A stretch of 64,000 nt of DNA from Pseudomonadota bacterium (GTDB taxonomy: Bacteria > Pseudomonadota > Alphaproteobacteria > UBA1280 > JAAZVW01), in the NCBI GenBank assembly GCA_018623135.1, contig JAAZVW010000001.1, positions 23,024-87,023 of the forward strand, read 5' to 3'. The notes under the pieces were generated by a model. It searched no databases and had not been told where the DNA came from. It saw only the letters and a list, made by a program, of their open reading frames with translations. Positions 19,384-29,729 of the stretch are shown here, one piece after another. Position 1 is the stretch's first letter. Each line of letters starts with the position of its first letter. A program made the position numbers and the translations under genes.

Positions 19384-21393
19384 TTAGTATTTATGCGTTT
19401 TAATTTTGTTGTTCTCGATGATCTGTTGGGCTGTTTCGCAAATATTTTCAACAGTTAGACCAAAATGTTGGTAGAGGTCTTCTGCTGGAGCGGAGCTACC
19501 AAAAGAATCTATTGCGATAATGGCACCTTTATCGCCCACGTAGCGGTCGAGCCCGAAAGAAGAGGCGGCTTCTACAAAAATGCGATTAGGGTTATCTAGT
19601 GAGAGTATTTGCGCTTGTGTATCATCGTCTTGTTCTTCAAAAAGTTCGACACAAGGCATAGAAACTACTTTGGCTTGAATGCCTGATTGTTTAAGTTTTT
19701 GTTGTGCTTCTAGGCATAGGTGAACTTCTGAGCCTGAGGCGATAAGTACAACATCGGCTTTTGTTTCTGGCTCAGACAAAATGTAGGCGCCAGTACGGCA
19801 GAAGTTTTCTTCTGTATATGTGTTACGCAATGCGGGTAGGTTTTGCCTTGAAAGAATATAGGCAGAAGGTGCAAAAGTATCTTCTAAACCAATTTGCAAG
19901 CATTCGATTGTTTCTGTTAAATCCGCAGGGCGGTAGGTGTATAAATTAGGAATAGCACGTAAAGAGGCTAAATGCTCAATAGGTTGGTGTGTTGGACCGT
20001 CTTCCCCTAAGCCAATAGAATCATGTGTAAAAATATACTGTACGGGAATTTCCATAAGTGCAGAAAGGCGCACAGCTGGTTTCATGTAGTCTAAAAAGCT
20101 TAAGAATGTGCCGCCACAAGGTCTTAACCCGCCGTAAAGTTGCAGACCATTCATAATAGCGGCCATAGCATGTTCACGTATACCGTAATGTACGTATTGA
20201 CCTGAAGCGTCATCTGCTGAAATAACCGCCATCTTTTGTGTTTGCGTGTTATTAGATGGTGTTAAATCTGCTGAGCCAGAGATAAGTTCCGGCATATGAG
20301 GGGCAATAGCTTCTAGGCAAGCACCAATTGCTTTACGTGTTGCCATACTGCTTTGGTTTTGACTGGCTGTTTCTTTTAAATTATCTAGCGCTTCAAAAGC
20401 TTTATCGGGTACCTGATAGCTGATAGCATTTTGGATGCTAAGTTGTTCGGATGCTGGTAGTTTTTGCCATTTTTGCAGCCATTCTATATACATATCACGT
20501 GATTTATCCGATGTATTAAGCCAAGCTGAGTGAATATCTTCTGGGATATCAAAAGGCGCTTCTTGCCAGTTGAAGGCTTTGGCAACTTTCTCACGTTCTT
20601 CTTGCCCTAAAGGAGAACCATGTGCAGATGATTTACCTGCATGTAGCGGGCTACCTAAACCAATTGTTGTTTTAAAACGAATAAGTGTTGGCTTATTTTT
20701 GGAGGCTCTGGCTTTTTTAATTGCGGCGTGGATATCATCTGTATTATGGCCATCGGCTTCAAGTACTTGGAAGCCGTATGCTTTAAAACGAGCGGTAATA
20801 TCTGTTGATTGTGTAAGCTTTGTTGCACCATCGATAGATATGCCATTGTCATCAAATAACACAATGAGTTTATTAAGTTTGTGGTGGCCTGCGAATTCGC
20901 AGGCTTCGTGGCTAATGCCTTCCATAAGACAGCCATCCCCAACTGTTACGTAGGTATAGTTATCAAAAAGTTCTGTGCCATGTTTTGCTGCCATTATTTT
21001 TTGAGCAAAAGCCATGCCGACTGCATTTGCAATACCTTGCCCAAGTGGACCTGTTGTAGTTTCGATACCTGGAAGGGCACCAAATTCGGGGTGGCCTGCT
21101 GTAAGGCTACCGAATTGGCGGAAGTTTTTAAGGTCATCGAGATGAACATCATAGCCTGTTAAATGTAGTAGACTATATAACAAAGCAGACCCATGGCCGT
21201 TTGAAAGCACAAAGCGATCTCGGTTTGGCCATAGAGGATCATCTGGATTAAAATGCATAAAGTCTTTAAATAAAACGGTGACAATATCTGCCATGCCAAG
21301 AGGCATGCCAGGGTGACCTGAATTTGCTTGGTTGACCATATCTATGCTTAAAAAGCGAAGAGCGTTAGAAAGTTGTTTGTAATTTGTGCTCAT
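19384..21393 (-). CDS. tkt: transketolase
   Basis: [22 protein letters not shown] matches the TPP-binding N-terminus. The protein is 669 aa. Confidence 0.9.
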   Translation of the reverse strand: MSTNYKQLSNALRFLSIDMVNQANSGHPGMPLGMADIVTVLFKDFMHFNPDDPLWPNRDRFVLSNGHGSALLYSLLHLTGYDVHLDDLKNFRQFGSLTAGHPEFGALPGIETTTGPLGQGIANAVGMAFAQKIMAAKHGTELFDNYTYVTVGDGCLMEGISHEACEFAGHHKLNKLIVLFDDNGISIDGATKLTQSTDITARFKAYGFQVLEADGHNTDDIHAAIKKARASKNKPTLIRFKTTIGLGSPLHAGKSSAHGSPLGQEEREKVAKAFNWQEAPFDIPEDIHSAWLNTSDKSRDMYIEWLQKWQKLPASEQLSIQNAISYQVPDKAFEALDNLKETASQNQSSMATRKAIGACLEAIAPHMPELISGSADLTPSNNTQTQKMAVISADDASGQYVHYGIREHAMAAIMNGLQLYGGLRPCGGTFLSFLDYMKPAVRLSALMEIPVQYIFTHDSIGLGEDGPTHQPIEHLASLRAIPNLYTYRPADLTETIECLQIGLEDTFAPSAYILSRQNLPALRNTYTEENFCRTGAYILSEPETKADVVLIASGSEVHLCLEAQQKLKQSGIQAKVVSMPCVELFEEQDDDTQAQILSLDNPNRIFVEAASSFGLDRYVGDKGAIIAIDSFGSSAPAEDLYQHFGLTVENICETAQQIIENNKIKTHKY

Positions 21394-21531
21394 AAAACCA
21401 CCGTTTGATTTTTTATTGTTAAATAGCCTTTATATTGTAAGAGTTCTGGCGAAAAAACTCAATAGAAGGTATATTAGTATTTATCAATGTTTAGATTTTA
21501 TAACTAGAGACGTGTTGAAAGGGATACAGCT

Positions 21532-21798
21532 ATGGATTATACCAGCTCTGAGGCTGTGACGCGTTTGCAAAGAGCGCTATCTGATTTAGAACAAAAGATT
21601 GCTGAAGGTGCTGTTGGAGCATCTGAAGCTACAGAGGTGGCAATTGCTGAAGGTTCAGTTGAAGAAAATACTGTTTCTTACGCGTTAAAAGAAGCCTTTG
21701 AAAAATTACAAAAAGACCATGAAGATTTGCAACAAAAGCAAGCGCAAAGCCGCTTGAAAGTGGAACGTTTGATTCAGAAAGTAGAAGAGGCGCTGTAG
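21532..21798 (+). CDS. small coiled-coil protein upstream of zapA (ZauP/ZapB-like, DUF4164-like)
   Basis: 88 aa with predicted coiled coil, immediately 5' of zapA as is typical in alphaproteobacteria. The assignment rests on context only. Confidence 0.4.
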   Translation: MDYTSSEAVTRLQRALSDLEQKIAEGAVGASEATEVAIAEGSVEENTVSYALKEAFEKLQKDHEDLQQKQAQSRLKVERLIQKVEEAL

Positions 21799-21801
21799 GT
21801 T

Positions 21802-22098
21802 ATGGATAAGCAAATAGAACTTTATATTGGTGGTCGTACTTATAAAATGACGGTGGAACAGAATCAGGAAGAACGTCTGATGGAGGTTTCTGGTTATTTG
21901 GATAAGCAAATAGATGTAATGCGTAAAGCGACAGGGAATTCTGTTGATCGTGATAATTTGCTGATTTTAACAGCTATGATGATGACGGATGAGCTTTTTA
22001 ATTTAAAAGAAAAAGATGAAAAAGCCCAAAAAATGCTAGATGCTCTGCATAATAATATTGCTGAACGTATTGAAGGTATGGCACGCAAAATATCTTAA
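21802..22098 (+). CDS. zapA: cell division protein ZapA
   Basis: About 98 aa. IELYIGGRTYKMTV...LLILTAMMMTDELFNLK fits the ZapA pattern. Confidence 0.7.
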   Translation: MDKQIELYIGGRTYKMTVEQNQEERLMEVSGYLDKQIDVMRKATGNSVDRDNLLILTAMMMTDELFNLKEKDEKAQKMLDALHNNIAERIEGMARKIS

Positions 22099-22126
22099 AA
22101 TTTAAGTAGTGAGATAGATTATATAT

Positions 22127-22726
22127 ATGCCTGAGTTATTAGGCGCTTCTAAAAAAGAGTTGCGCAAAACATATTTGAACAGACGTGTGCAACGCTCCTT
22201 TAGTGGGCATGAAAATGCCAGTCTATTTAACTTGTTACAAAAATTACTACAAAATACTTACTCTCAGGCAAAAACAGAAGATACGAAAAGGTTTTGTGTT
22301 GCCTTGTATGTGCCTATAGAAAAAGAGGTGGATGTTTTCTGTTGTGCTGAAAAGCTGGAAAAAGAGTATCAGCTATGTTTACCTAAAACAGTACATAAAA
22401 ATACAGCCCTTGTCTTTAATGCTTATCGCTCTGCTGAAACACTGCTAGAAAAAGATTCCTTTGGAATTTTAACAGCTTGTGGTAAAGAAATAACCCCAGA
22501 TATTATTATTGTACCCTTAGTTGCTTTTTGCAGAAATGGTCATAGAATAGGCTATGGTGCAGGGATGTATGACAGGACTTTTGAAAGCTATGAAAAATTG
22601 GGTAAAAAAGTTTTGAAAATTGGGGTCGCTTACGCTTTTCAGGAATGTGAAGCTTTTGAAACAAATAAACATGATATTCAGTTAGATTATGTTGTGACAG
22701 AGAAAGAGATTATAGAGTGTCGTTAA
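22127..22726 (+). CDS. ygfA: 5-formyltetrahydrofolate cyclo-ligase
   Basis: RIGYGAGMYDRT (GYGxGxYDR motif). The conserved zapA-ygfA neighbourhood supports the call. Confidence 0.75.
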   Translation: MPELLGASKKELRKTYLNRRVQRSFSGHENASLFNLLQKLLQNTYSQAKTEDTKRFCVALYVPIEKEVDVFCCAEKLEKEYQLCLPKTVHKNTALVFNAYRSAETLLEKDSFGILTACGKEITPDIIIVPLVAFCRNGHRIGYGAGMYDRTFESYEKLGKKVLKIGVAYAFQECEAFETNKHDIQLDYVVTEKEIIECR

Positions 22727-23526
22727 ACGTACTTTTTTTAGGTGATGTTGTTGGTAAACCCGGTCGGAGGGTGATTAAAGACGAGCTACCAAAATTTAGA
22801 GAAGAAAAGAATATTGATTTTGTGGTTTGTAATGCTGAAAATGCCGCAGGTGGTTTTGGTTTAGATCATAAATCCACAAGAGAGCTTTTTGAAGCAGGGG
22901 TAGATGTAATTACTTTGGGTGACCATACTTGGGATAAACATGAAATTAACTCTGTTTTTGAGCAGTATTCTAAGGTGTTGCGTCCGTTAAACTTCCCGAA
23001 ATCCGCTCCTGGTAAGGGGTTTGCTATTTACACAACGGCAGAAGGTAAGCGTATTGCTGTGCTTAATATTATTGGTCGTTCTTTTATGAATGGGGCTTAT
23101 GATTGCCCGTTTCAGGTCTCTCGTGCTTTACATAAAGAGTATCGTTTGGGTGAAGACTATGATGCGCTTGTGATTGATATTCATGCAGAAGCGACAGCGG
23201 AAGCTGTTTGCTTGGGGCATATTTGGGATGGTAGAGCGTCACTTATTTCTGGTTCTCATACGCATATCCCGACAGCAGATTACCGTATTATGCCCAAAGG
23301 TACAGGCTACCAGACAGATGCTGGGATGTGCGGCTTTTATGATTCTTCTTTAGGATCGGAATTTAAAGCGCCACTTCATCGGTTTGAAAATGCAGGTAAG
23401 GCAATGCTGCAAATTGCATCGGGTCCTGGGACAATGTGTGGTGTTATGGCTAAAGTGGCGGATAATGGTTTATGTGAAGAAATTACACCTGTTCGTGTAG
23501 GTGGGGTTTTGCATCAGGCGCGTTAG
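22717..23526 (+). CDS. YmdB-like metallophosphoesterase (TIGR00282 family)
   Basis: MSLNVLFLGDVVGKPGRRVIKDELPKFREEKNIDFVVCNAENAAGGFGL is the characteristic N-terminus. Confidence 0.8.
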   Translation: MSLNVLFLGDVVGKPGRRVIKDELPKFREEKNIDFVVCNAENAAGGFGLDHKSTRELFEAGVDVITLGDHTWDKHEINSVFEQYSKVLRPLNFPKSAPGKGFAIYTTAEGKRIAVLNIIGRSFMNGAYDCPFQVSRALHKEYRLGEDYDALVIDIHAEATAEAVCLGHIWDGRASLISGSHTHIPTADYRIMPKGTGYQTDAGMCGFYDSSLGSEFKAPLHRFENAGKAMLQIASGPGTMCGVMAKVADNGLCEEITPVRVGGVLHQAR

Positions 23527-23554
23527 TTTGCTGTTTATTTAAAAGTTTATTCAT

Positions 23555-23587
23555 AAAAAAGCTCCCGAAAATACGGGAGCTTTTTTG
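23555..23587. terminator. bidirectional intrinsic terminator (between the ymdB-like gene and tolC)
   Basis: aaaaaagctcccgaaaatacgggagctttttt. Confidence 0.6.
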
Positions 23588-23608
23588 TGTAAAGATAAGC
23601 TTAAGAGA

Positions 23609-24952
23609 TTAATCTAGCTCGTTCGTTGTTTCTTTATCGGCTTCAACATATTTGTTAATACCTTCCATGTCCAGAAGACCAATTGCAGCAGCAAGTCTGA
23701 AGCTTGAAGAGACAATGGCATTGCGACCTTGTGTATAAGAAACTTGGGCTGCAAGATATTCTTGTCGTGCATCCAAAACATCTAGTGTTGTGCGTTGACC
23801 AACTTCTGCTTCTTTAGAGACACCGTCGTAAGCCAAACGGTTGGCTTGTAATGATTCTTTTAAAGATTCAAAACGTGCGCGAGATGTGCGGTATTGGTGG
23901 TAAGAATCAATAAATTCTCGTTTAACTTCACGTTTAACTTGCTCTAGATTTTCTTCTGCTGATTTTAGGTTTGCTTTAGCTTCTTTTACAGCTGAGAAAA
24001 TGCGTCCGCCTGCAAATAGTGGTAAAGAGGCGCTTAGTGTAAAGCTTGTGTCTTCTGTTTCGCCTGATAAAAAGCGAGACGAATCTTGCGATGTTGTATA
24101 GCTTGCTTGGGCTTCAATATCAAATAAATGTTGTCCGCGTGCTGAATTTAAAAGGTTTTTAGCACGTTTAACTAACATTTCTGCTGCTTTGATATTTGGG
24201 TTTTGAGTCATTGTTTGCTCTAGCCAGTAGTCGTACTCTTCTGTAAAGAAGTCGTAAGTAACTTTTGGCCAAGTTAAGCCATCGCTTGAATCAATGCCTG
24301 AAATTTCTGTATAAAATGCGCGTGCTGTTTGTAGCTGTGCTTCTGCTTCTACAAGGTCTGCTTTGGCAACTGCGGCACGTGCTTCTGCTTGGCGTACGTC
24401 TGTTTGTGTAACTTCACCAACTTCATAGCGGAGTTTTGTTGCTTTAAGCTGTTCGTTAAGAACTTTAGATTGTTCTTCATTGAGTTTATGAACTTGCTCT
24501 GCTGTAAGTACGTTAAGGTAGGCCGCAGCGGCATTATTAAGAACTGTGATTTTTGTTGCTGTTAAATTAAGTTCCGTTGCCTCTAGGTTGCGTTTAGCAC
24601 TTTTAAAGTTATGGAAATTCTGGCCACCTTTAAATAGGCTTTGCGTTGCTTGAAATCCATAAGATTTAGGGTTTAACCTTGTTGTGCCTGTGTCGGTCTC
24701 ACTTTTGGTATAGCCCATGCCTGCTGTGGCAGAAATTTGGGGCATGAAATCAGCACGAGAAGCATTCTTTTGCGCTTCTGCGGCCTCTACACTTGCCTGA
24801 GCTTGCAGAAAATCAGGGTTATGTTTAAGGGTTTGGCTAAGCATATCGTTAAGATTCATCGCCTGTGATGAAAGCGCAGTTAAAGAAAGTGTTGCGCAAA
24901 GTAAAGCGTGACGAAACATTATTTGTTTTCCTCTTCTAAGAGTTGATACCAA
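23609..24952 (-). CDS. tolC: TolC-family outer membrane efflux protein
   Basis: Signal peptide, two repeated alpha-helical/beta-barrel halves and 447 aa size. Confidence 0.8.
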   Translation of the reverse strand: MVSTLRRGKQIMFRHALLCATLSLTALSSQAMNLNDMLSQTLKHNPDFLQAQASVEAAEAQKNASRADFMPQISATAGMGYTKSETDTGTTRLNPKSYGFQATQSLFKGGQNFHNFKSAKRNLEATELNLTATKITVLNNAAAAYLNVLTAEQVHKLNEEQSKVLNEQLKATKLRYEVGEVTQTDVRQAEARAAVAKADLVEAEAQLQTARAFYTEISGIDSSDGLTWPKVTYDFFTEEYDYWLEQTMTQNPNIKAAEMLVKRAKNLLNSARGQHLFDIEAQASYTTSQDSSRFLSGETEDTSFTLSASLPLFAGGRIFSAVKEAKANLKSAEENLEQVKREVKREFIDSYHQYRTSRARFESLKESLQANRLAYDGVSKEAEVGQRTTLDVLDARQEYLAAQVSYTQGRNAIVSSSFRLAAAIGLLDMEGINKYVEADKETTNELD

Positions 24953-25233
24953 GCGAGTATACCGCCTTGGATATTATAAACTTGTTCATAACCCGCAACT
25001 TCTGCAAGTTGGCAGGCCATTGCGCTTCTGCCACCGACGTGGCAAAGAAAATACAAAGGCCTATCTGGCAGGCCTTGTACTTTAGCTGATAATTGGTTTA
25101 ACGGAATATGTGTGGCAGAACCTTCGATAAAAGGCATTGCAGTAAGTTCATCTGCTTCACGGACATCTATAATAAGCGGTTTTTGATTACTTTTAATGAG
25201 ATGCCTAAGTTCTTTAACTGTAATAACTTCCAT
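24919..25233 (-). CDS. rhodanese-domain protein
   Basis: IIDVREADE...CHVGGRSAMA...GGILAW rhodanese fold, with a catalytic Cys in CHVGGRS. Confidence 0.8.
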   Translation of the reverse strand: MEVITVKELRHLIKSNQKPLIIDVREADELTAMPFIEGSATHIPLNQLSAKVQGLPDRPLYFLCHVGGRSAMACQLAEVAGYEQVYNIQGGILAWYQLLEEENK

Positions 25234-25886
25234 TAAAATACAAAGCTTTCTTCTTTTTTGAAGTTTTCTAGCACTTGACCGTGGGTTTCTAGCAGAGCTT
25301 CTTCAAAAAGGGTGTTGCCTTGTTTTGTGTAAATTGTAGCTTCTAGAACATGACCTTCAAGCTCAACAACTGCGGCTATTTTACCGCCATCTTTTACTTG
25401 CTCAATAAGTGTTTCAGAAATGGAAGCTGTTGGTGCATCTACAAAAATAACATCGTATGGCGCCTTCTTTTTAAGGCCTTTTTCTGGTTCGCTACAAATA
25501 AGTTCTGCATTGCTACATTTACAATCACTTAATGCGCGTTTACCCGCATCTGTTAAGTAACTATCTGATTCTACGGCATAAACCTTTTTAACGAGCTTAG
25601 AGGCAACTGCTGCTGTGTAGCCTGTGTTTGCTGCAATAACAAGCATTGTTTCATTGCCGCTAAGCTTAAGATCATTTAATAATCGTCCAATAATCATAGG
25701 GCTAAGAAGTGGGCGGTTTTCTGCTACAATTACTTGCTCTTCTGAGTAGGCAGATGTTTTACAAGATGAATCTACAAAGTATTCACGCGGGATAGAGCGG
25801 AAGGCATTTAAGACATCTGGGTTGCTTACTTTGTTAGGTTTAAGTTGGTTGAGGACCATATTTTCGCGTGCTGTTTCGTAGCTCAT
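25233..25886 (-). CDS. protein-L-isoaspartate O-methyltransferase-like paralog (PCMT family)
   Basis: PCMT-like SAM methyltransferase (LVIAANTGYTAAV..). It is clustered with a rhodanese gene and tolC, as often seen in alphaproteobacteria. Confidence 0.7.
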   Translation of the reverse strand: MSYETARENMVLNQLKPNKVSNPDVLNAFRSIPREYFVDSSCKTSAYSEEQVIVAENRPLLSPMIIGRLLNDLKLSGNETMLVIAANTGYTAAVASKLVKKVYAVESDSYLTDAGKRALSDCKCSNAELICSEPEKGLKKKAPYDVIFVDAPTASISETLIEQVKDGGKIAAVVELEGHVLEATIYTKQGNTLFEEALLETHGQVLENFKKEESFVF

Positions 25887-26009
25887 GCTTCTTCAAAAGC
25901 TCCATGTTATTGTTATATTTAGAATTTATTATGGTAAGCGCTATTATACAACAGATGGCGCTGAATTCCAAGGTGATAAAAATGGATAAAAAAGTAAAAA
26001 AATGTACTT

Positions 26010-26040
26010 TTTTGTGTTGACAATAACAAAGAGAGAGGAT
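26010..26040 (+). promoter_or_regulatory. candidate sigma70 promoter for the tRNA-Cys/tRNA-Asn pair
   Basis: ttgaca at 26010-15, then 17 nt, then taaaac. The tRNA begins about 55 nt downstream. Confidence 0.3.
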
Positions 26041-26097
26041 AAAACATATCCACAGTTGGAACGGCGAGTAGCCTTGGTTTCGACCGAATGAATAGGT

Positions 26098-26172
26098 GGC
26101 CGAGTGGCGAAGTGGTAACGCTGCGGACTGCAAATCCGCCATGCATCGGTTCGAATCCGATCTCGGCCTCCA
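26098..26172 (+). tRNA. tRNA-Cys (anticodon GCA)
   Basis: Hand-folded cloverleaf. Acceptor ggccgag/ctcggcc, anticodon loop ctGCAaa, T-arm atcgg-ttcgaat-ccgat, U73 discriminator (Cys identity), encoded CCA. Confidence 0.85.
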
Positions 26173-26175
26173 TGT

Positions 26176-26251
26176 TCCCGCATAGCTCAGTTGGTAGAGC
26201 ACTTGACTGTTAATCAAGTTGTCACAGGTTCGAGCCCTGTTGCGGGAGCCA
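26176..26251 (+). tRNA. tRNA-Asn (anticodon GTT)
   Basis: Acceptor tcccgca/tgcggga, D-arm gctc-agttggtaga-gagc, anticodon loop ctGTTaa, T-arm acagg-ttcgagc-cctgt, G73, CCA. It lies 3 nt after tRNA-Cys. Confidence 0.85.
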
Positions 26252-26255
26252 CTAA

Positions 26256-26287
26256 AAGCCCTTAGAGAAATCTAAGGGCTTTTTTGC
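26256..26287 (+). terminator. intrinsic terminator after the tRNA pair
   Basis: aagcccttagagaaatctaagggctttttt. Confidence 0.7.
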
Positions 26288-26481
26288 ATTGTCTTAAGCA
26301 TTTTGTTTGATGAATGTTGAATGTATCTAAATAAATCTTCTGTAAGATGTCTTTGTTTGTTAAGCTGTTGTTTTTAATGGTTTATTATTTTTTTTTATTT
26401 ATTTTGGGGTAGTTTTAATTACATAAATAAATTCCATAATGTTTAGTATGTAAAATAATAATAAATAATGATGGCTGGGTC

Positions 26482-28545
26482 TTGCTGATGTTTTCAAATC
26501 TTTCATTAAAGCATAAAATTTTATATGGCTTTATAACTGTGAGCCTTGTTCCGTTATTTATTGTTTCGGCGGCGACTTTTTTTGTATCGGTTGATGCACT
26601 TGAAAAAGAGGTTGAAAAAAAATTACATGCAACAACAATTGCTAAAAAAGAACATCTGGAGAGTTATTTTATTTTAGCGCAGCAGCAGCTTATTACTTGG
26701 GCGCGAGGCGGAACTTTTATAAAAGCGGTGCAAGAGTTTACGGTGGCGGTAAATGATTTGCGACCAGCTGATGAATTTTCTCCTAAATTAAAAGGGCGAT
26801 ATGGTTACCAAGAGACAAATACAAAAGATTTGGAAATTTCTGCTTTAAGGCGTTGGGAGCAAATCGATGGTATTGCTATTAAAATGCAGGACTTATATAT
26901 TGCCCAAAATTCAAATAAAGTTGGTGAAAAGCAAAAATTGTTAAATGCTAATGATGGTAGTAAATATTCGGCATTGCATGAAAAGTATCATCCTTATTTT
27001 AAAGATATTCAGCAAAAATTTGAGCTATATGATTTGTTTTTGATAGAGCCGAAAACGGGTCGTATTGTGTATTCTGTTTTTAAAGAATTGGATTATGGTA
27101 CCAAGCTTCTTTCAGGCCCTTATAAAGATTCAGGTTTGGGTGAGGTTGCAAAAAACGGGATTAAAGCGAAACCTGGGCAAATTGTAACATCTGATTTTAG
27201 AAGCTATGAGCCTTCTTATAATGATCAGGCTGCGTTTAGTTCTATCCCTATTTATGATAATGGTGAGCTTGTGGGTATTTTGGCTATTCAATTCCCGCTA
27301 GATAGGATTACTGCGTTGATGCATTCTCGTACTGGTATGGGAGAGACAGGGCATTTTTACTTTGTAGATGCAGAAGGTGAAATGAGAAATAATACTGTTT
27401 TATCAAAAGATTCAACGATTGGGTTTAAAATGGATAATAAAGCTGTTGAGCAGGTTTTAAGACGCGAAACGGGTATTATTAAAACAGTTGGTTACTCTGG
27501 AAATGAAGTGATAGCATCTTATGTGCCTATGGATATTAAAGGATTAAATTGGTTTTTAATTGCAGAGCAAGATATGTCGGAGGCTTTAGCTTCTGTGGAC
27601 TTTATGAAAATGGTTATTGTGATTGTGGTGCTGGTAACCGTAGGTTCTATTATGTTTTTAAGTATTGTTATAGGTAATAATTTGCAAAAGCCTTTTTATG
27701 ATTTAATGACAGAATTTGGTAGACTGGCTCAGTATGAATTGGATGCAAATCTTTCTGCTTTAGGGGGTAAAGAGATTAAAGAGCTTTCGGGGCGATTTAA
27801 TGGATTTATTGAGCGTTTGAATTCGATTGTTAAAAACGTTAAAAGCCTTTCTGATAATGTAAATGGCTCTTCTGATGGTATTTCTAAGCGTATGCAGCAA
27901 ATTAGCGAGTTAAGTGAGCAACAAATGCGTGCGGTTGGAGAGATTGAAAATGCTGTAGAAGGGGCAACTATTGTAACGGAAGAAATTAATAACTCAACAG
28001 CGCAGGCGGTGCAAAGTGCCTCTTATATTACAGAAAAAACAAGTTTAACATCTAATAATATGAGAGAGCTTTCTGACAGTGTTAAAAATATTACTGAGGT
28101 GATTGCTGTGATTAATGATATTTCGGATCAGACAAATTTGCTGGCTTTAAACGCGGCTATTGAGGCTGCTAGAGCTGGTGATGAAGGTAGAGGCTTTGCT
28201 GTGGTTGCAGAAGAGGTGCGTAAGCTTGCAAGTAACACAAGTGAATCCACACAGATGATTGCCGATACAGTTCAGAAACTTGTTGCCAAAAGTAAAGAAG
28301 CTGATGCTGCTATGCAGGAGATTCAGGATCAGGTTGCGCAGGTTGAGAAGGTGTTTAAAACTGTAGGTGAATCAGTGGATACACAATCTTCGATGATTCA
28401 ACAAATTAGTGCGAGTATGCATGAGTTTTCTAAAGCTGTGCAATCTGTAACCAATGATGTTGATGATGCAAATAAAGATAGTGAAAGAATGGCTGGTATT
28501 GCTAAAAATTTGAAGGATACAGTGAATATATTTAAAACGCATTAG
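26482..28545 (+). CDS. methyl-accepting chemotaxis protein with a large periplasmic (Cache-like) sensor
   Basis: TM1, a roughly 330 aa extracytoplasmic region, TM2, then [41 protein letters not shown]. Confidence 0.9.
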   Translation: MLMFSNLSLKHKILYGFITVSLVPLFIVSAATFFVSVDALEKEVEKKLHATTIAKKEHLESYFILAQQQLITWARGGTFIKAVQEFTVAVNDLRPADEFSPKLKGRYGYQETNTKDLEISALRRWEQIDGIAIKMQDLYIAQNSNKVGEKQKLLNANDGSKYSALHEKYHPYFKDIQQKFELYDLFLIEPKTGRIVYSVFKELDYGTKLLSGPYKDSGLGEVAKNGIKAKPGQIVTSDFRSYEPSYNDQAAFSSIPIYDNGELVGILAIQFPLDRITALMHSRTGMGETGHFYFVDAEGEMRNNTVLSKDSTIGFKMDNKAVEQVLRRETGIIKTVGYSGNEVIASYVPMDIKGLNWFLIAEQDMSEALASVDFMKMVIVIVVLVTVGSIMFLSIVIGNNLQKPFYDLMTEFGRLAQYELDANLSALGGKEIKELSGRFNGFIERLNSIVKNVKSLSDNVNGSSDGISKRMQQISELSEQQMRAVGEIENAVEGATIVTEEINNSTAQAVQSASYITEKTSLTSNNMRELSDSVKNITEVIAVINDISDQTNLLALNAAIEAARAGDEGRGFAVVAEEVRKLASNTSESTQMIADTVQKLVAKSKEADAAMQEIQDQVAQVEKVFKTVGESVDTQSSMIQQISASMHEFSKAVQSVTNDVDDANKDSERMAGIAKNLKDTVNIFKTH

Positions 28546-28565
28546 GTGTTTGTTGTTGTTTTAAC

Positions 28566-28632
28566 TTGACAAATGCCCCATTAATATGCTTTAATATTAA
28601 AAATCGCGGATTAAAACTCTGCGATTTTTTTT
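28566..28632 (+). promoter_or_regulatory. promoter-plus-terminator leader cassette, copy 1
   Basis: The cassette reads cTTGACAaatgcccca...TGcTTTAAT, then hairpin aatcgcggattaaaactctgcgatt plus a T8 run. The core is near-identical to the copy at 31018. Confidence 0.45.
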
Positions 28633-28696
28633 GTTTGTGATTGAGGTGTTTATTTGGTATACAGCTTATAACTTAATTATATCCCTTGGTGATATT

Positions 28697-29182
28697 ATGA
28701 CTTTTTTAATTTTGCGAACAAAATTTGCTTGGCTTAATAATATATCGATTGTTGTTTTTGTTCGATATTGGTTGTTTCAGGCCAAAATCCTTATGTGGAA
28801 GTATAATCCACCACAGTTTATTCTGGATAATCTTATTTTAGAATATGTGTATTACCATGAAGGTGTTGTAGAAGGCGCCGCAAGACCGCATTCTCATTTA
28901 TGGGATAGATTGAGATACGCGACCATTTTATTAACGGATGATGAAAAGCGTATTTATATTTTCTCTCGGAAAATGAGATGGAATTTATGGTGTGATTTTT
29001 GTTGTGAACCAGAGTTTGCCCGGTTTCATGCACATGGTTTACCAGGGCAAGGACCTGAAGATGAGGTTGCCAATATTTATTTTTGGTTTGAGCGTGATTA
29101 CCTTATTGTTTTTAAAAGGCTTATTGTTGCTTCATTTGCTTGTTTGGTAATGTCTTTACTGCTGTTTCTTGTGGGGCTGTAG
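28697..29182 (+). CDS. hypothetical Trp/aromatic-rich protein with a C-terminal hydrophobic anchor (start uncertain; the ORF opens at 28631)
   Basis: ORF immediately downstream of cassette 1. No recognisable domain. The C-terminus LIVASFACLVMSLLLFLVGL is TM-like. Confidence 0.3.
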   Translation: MTFLILRTKFAWLNNISIVVFVRYWLFQAKILMWKYNPPQFILDNLILEYVYYHEGVVEGAARPHSHLWDRLRYATILLTDDEKRIYIFSRKMRWNLWCDFCCEPEFARFHAHGLPGQGPEDEVANIYFWFERDYLIVFKRLIVASFACLVMSLLLFLVGL

Positions 29183-29199
29183 TTTTTAGCGAGTTATAA

Positions 29200-29239
29200 A
29201 CAAAGGTGGTGTGTGGTGCACTACCTTTGTTTTTTTTGT
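29200..29239 (+). terminator. intrinsic terminator
   Basis: caaaggtggtgtgtggtgcactacctttg followed by T8. Confidence 0.5.
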
Positions 29240-29330
29240 TATTTAAGCCACAGATATAAGGTTTTGTTGGTGGTAAAGCTTGATTATTATTTTAATTTAC
29301 AGCAGTATATTTTTAGAAAAATTGTAAAGG

Positions 29331-29675
29331 ATGATAAAGATGCTGCTTACAACAACATTTTATGTAGAAGGTTACCGTATTAGAAAGTATGGTCCTTTAG
29401 TGGCTGCCGAAGCTGTAATGGGTACCAACTTATTTAAAGATTACTTTGCAAAAGTACGTGATATTGTGGGTGGTCGCTCTGGTGCATTCCAGCAAGCGAT
29501 GTCGGAAGCCCGTGAAAATGTATTAATGGAAATACAGGAGCAAGCTCTTGAGATGGGATGCAATGCTGTTATTGGTATTGATATTGATTATGGCGAGGTT
29601 TCTGGTAAAGACAAAAACATGCTTATGGTTGCGGCACAGGGTACGGCTGTTTATATAGAACCTATAGAAGACTAA
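29331..29675 (+). CDS. YbjQ/UPF0145 family protein
   Basis: MLLTTTFYVEGYRIRKYGPLVAAEAVMGTNLF...GCNAVIGIDIDYGEV is the typical UPF0145 pattern. The protein is 114 aa. Confidence 0.8.
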   Translation: MIKMLLTTTFYVEGYRIRKYGPLVAAEAVMGTNLFKDYFAKVRDIVGGRSGAFQQAMSEARENVLMEIQEQALEMGCNAVIGIDIDYGEVSGKDKNMLMVAAQGTAVYIEPIED

Positions 29676-29692
29676 ATTTATATTTTAAGTAC

Positions 29693-29724
29693 AAAAAAAG
29701 CCCGCATTAAGCGGGCTTTTTTTG
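29693..29724. terminator. bidirectional intrinsic terminator
   Basis: aaaaaaagcccgcattaagcgggcttttttt lies between convergent genes. Confidence 0.7.
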
Positions 29725-29729
29725 TCGTA

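Noticed and set aside
22099-22126. Looked for 6S RNA (ssrS) between zapA and ygfA, its usual location
   Set aside because: Only 28 nt separate the two genes. That is no room for a roughly 180 nt 6S RNA, which must be elsewhere if present.
26041-26097. tRNA-like fragment (ccttggtttcgaccgaatg) just 5' of tRNA-Cys
   Set aside because: It has a T-loop-like motif but no foldable acceptor or anticodon arms. It is probably leader sequence.
25840-26217. Three overlapping minus-strand ORFs (25840-26217, 25919-26173, 25944-26183)
   Set aside because: They lie antisense across the tRNA-Cys/tRNA-Asn genes and their promoter. They are artefacts of the structured tRNA sequence.
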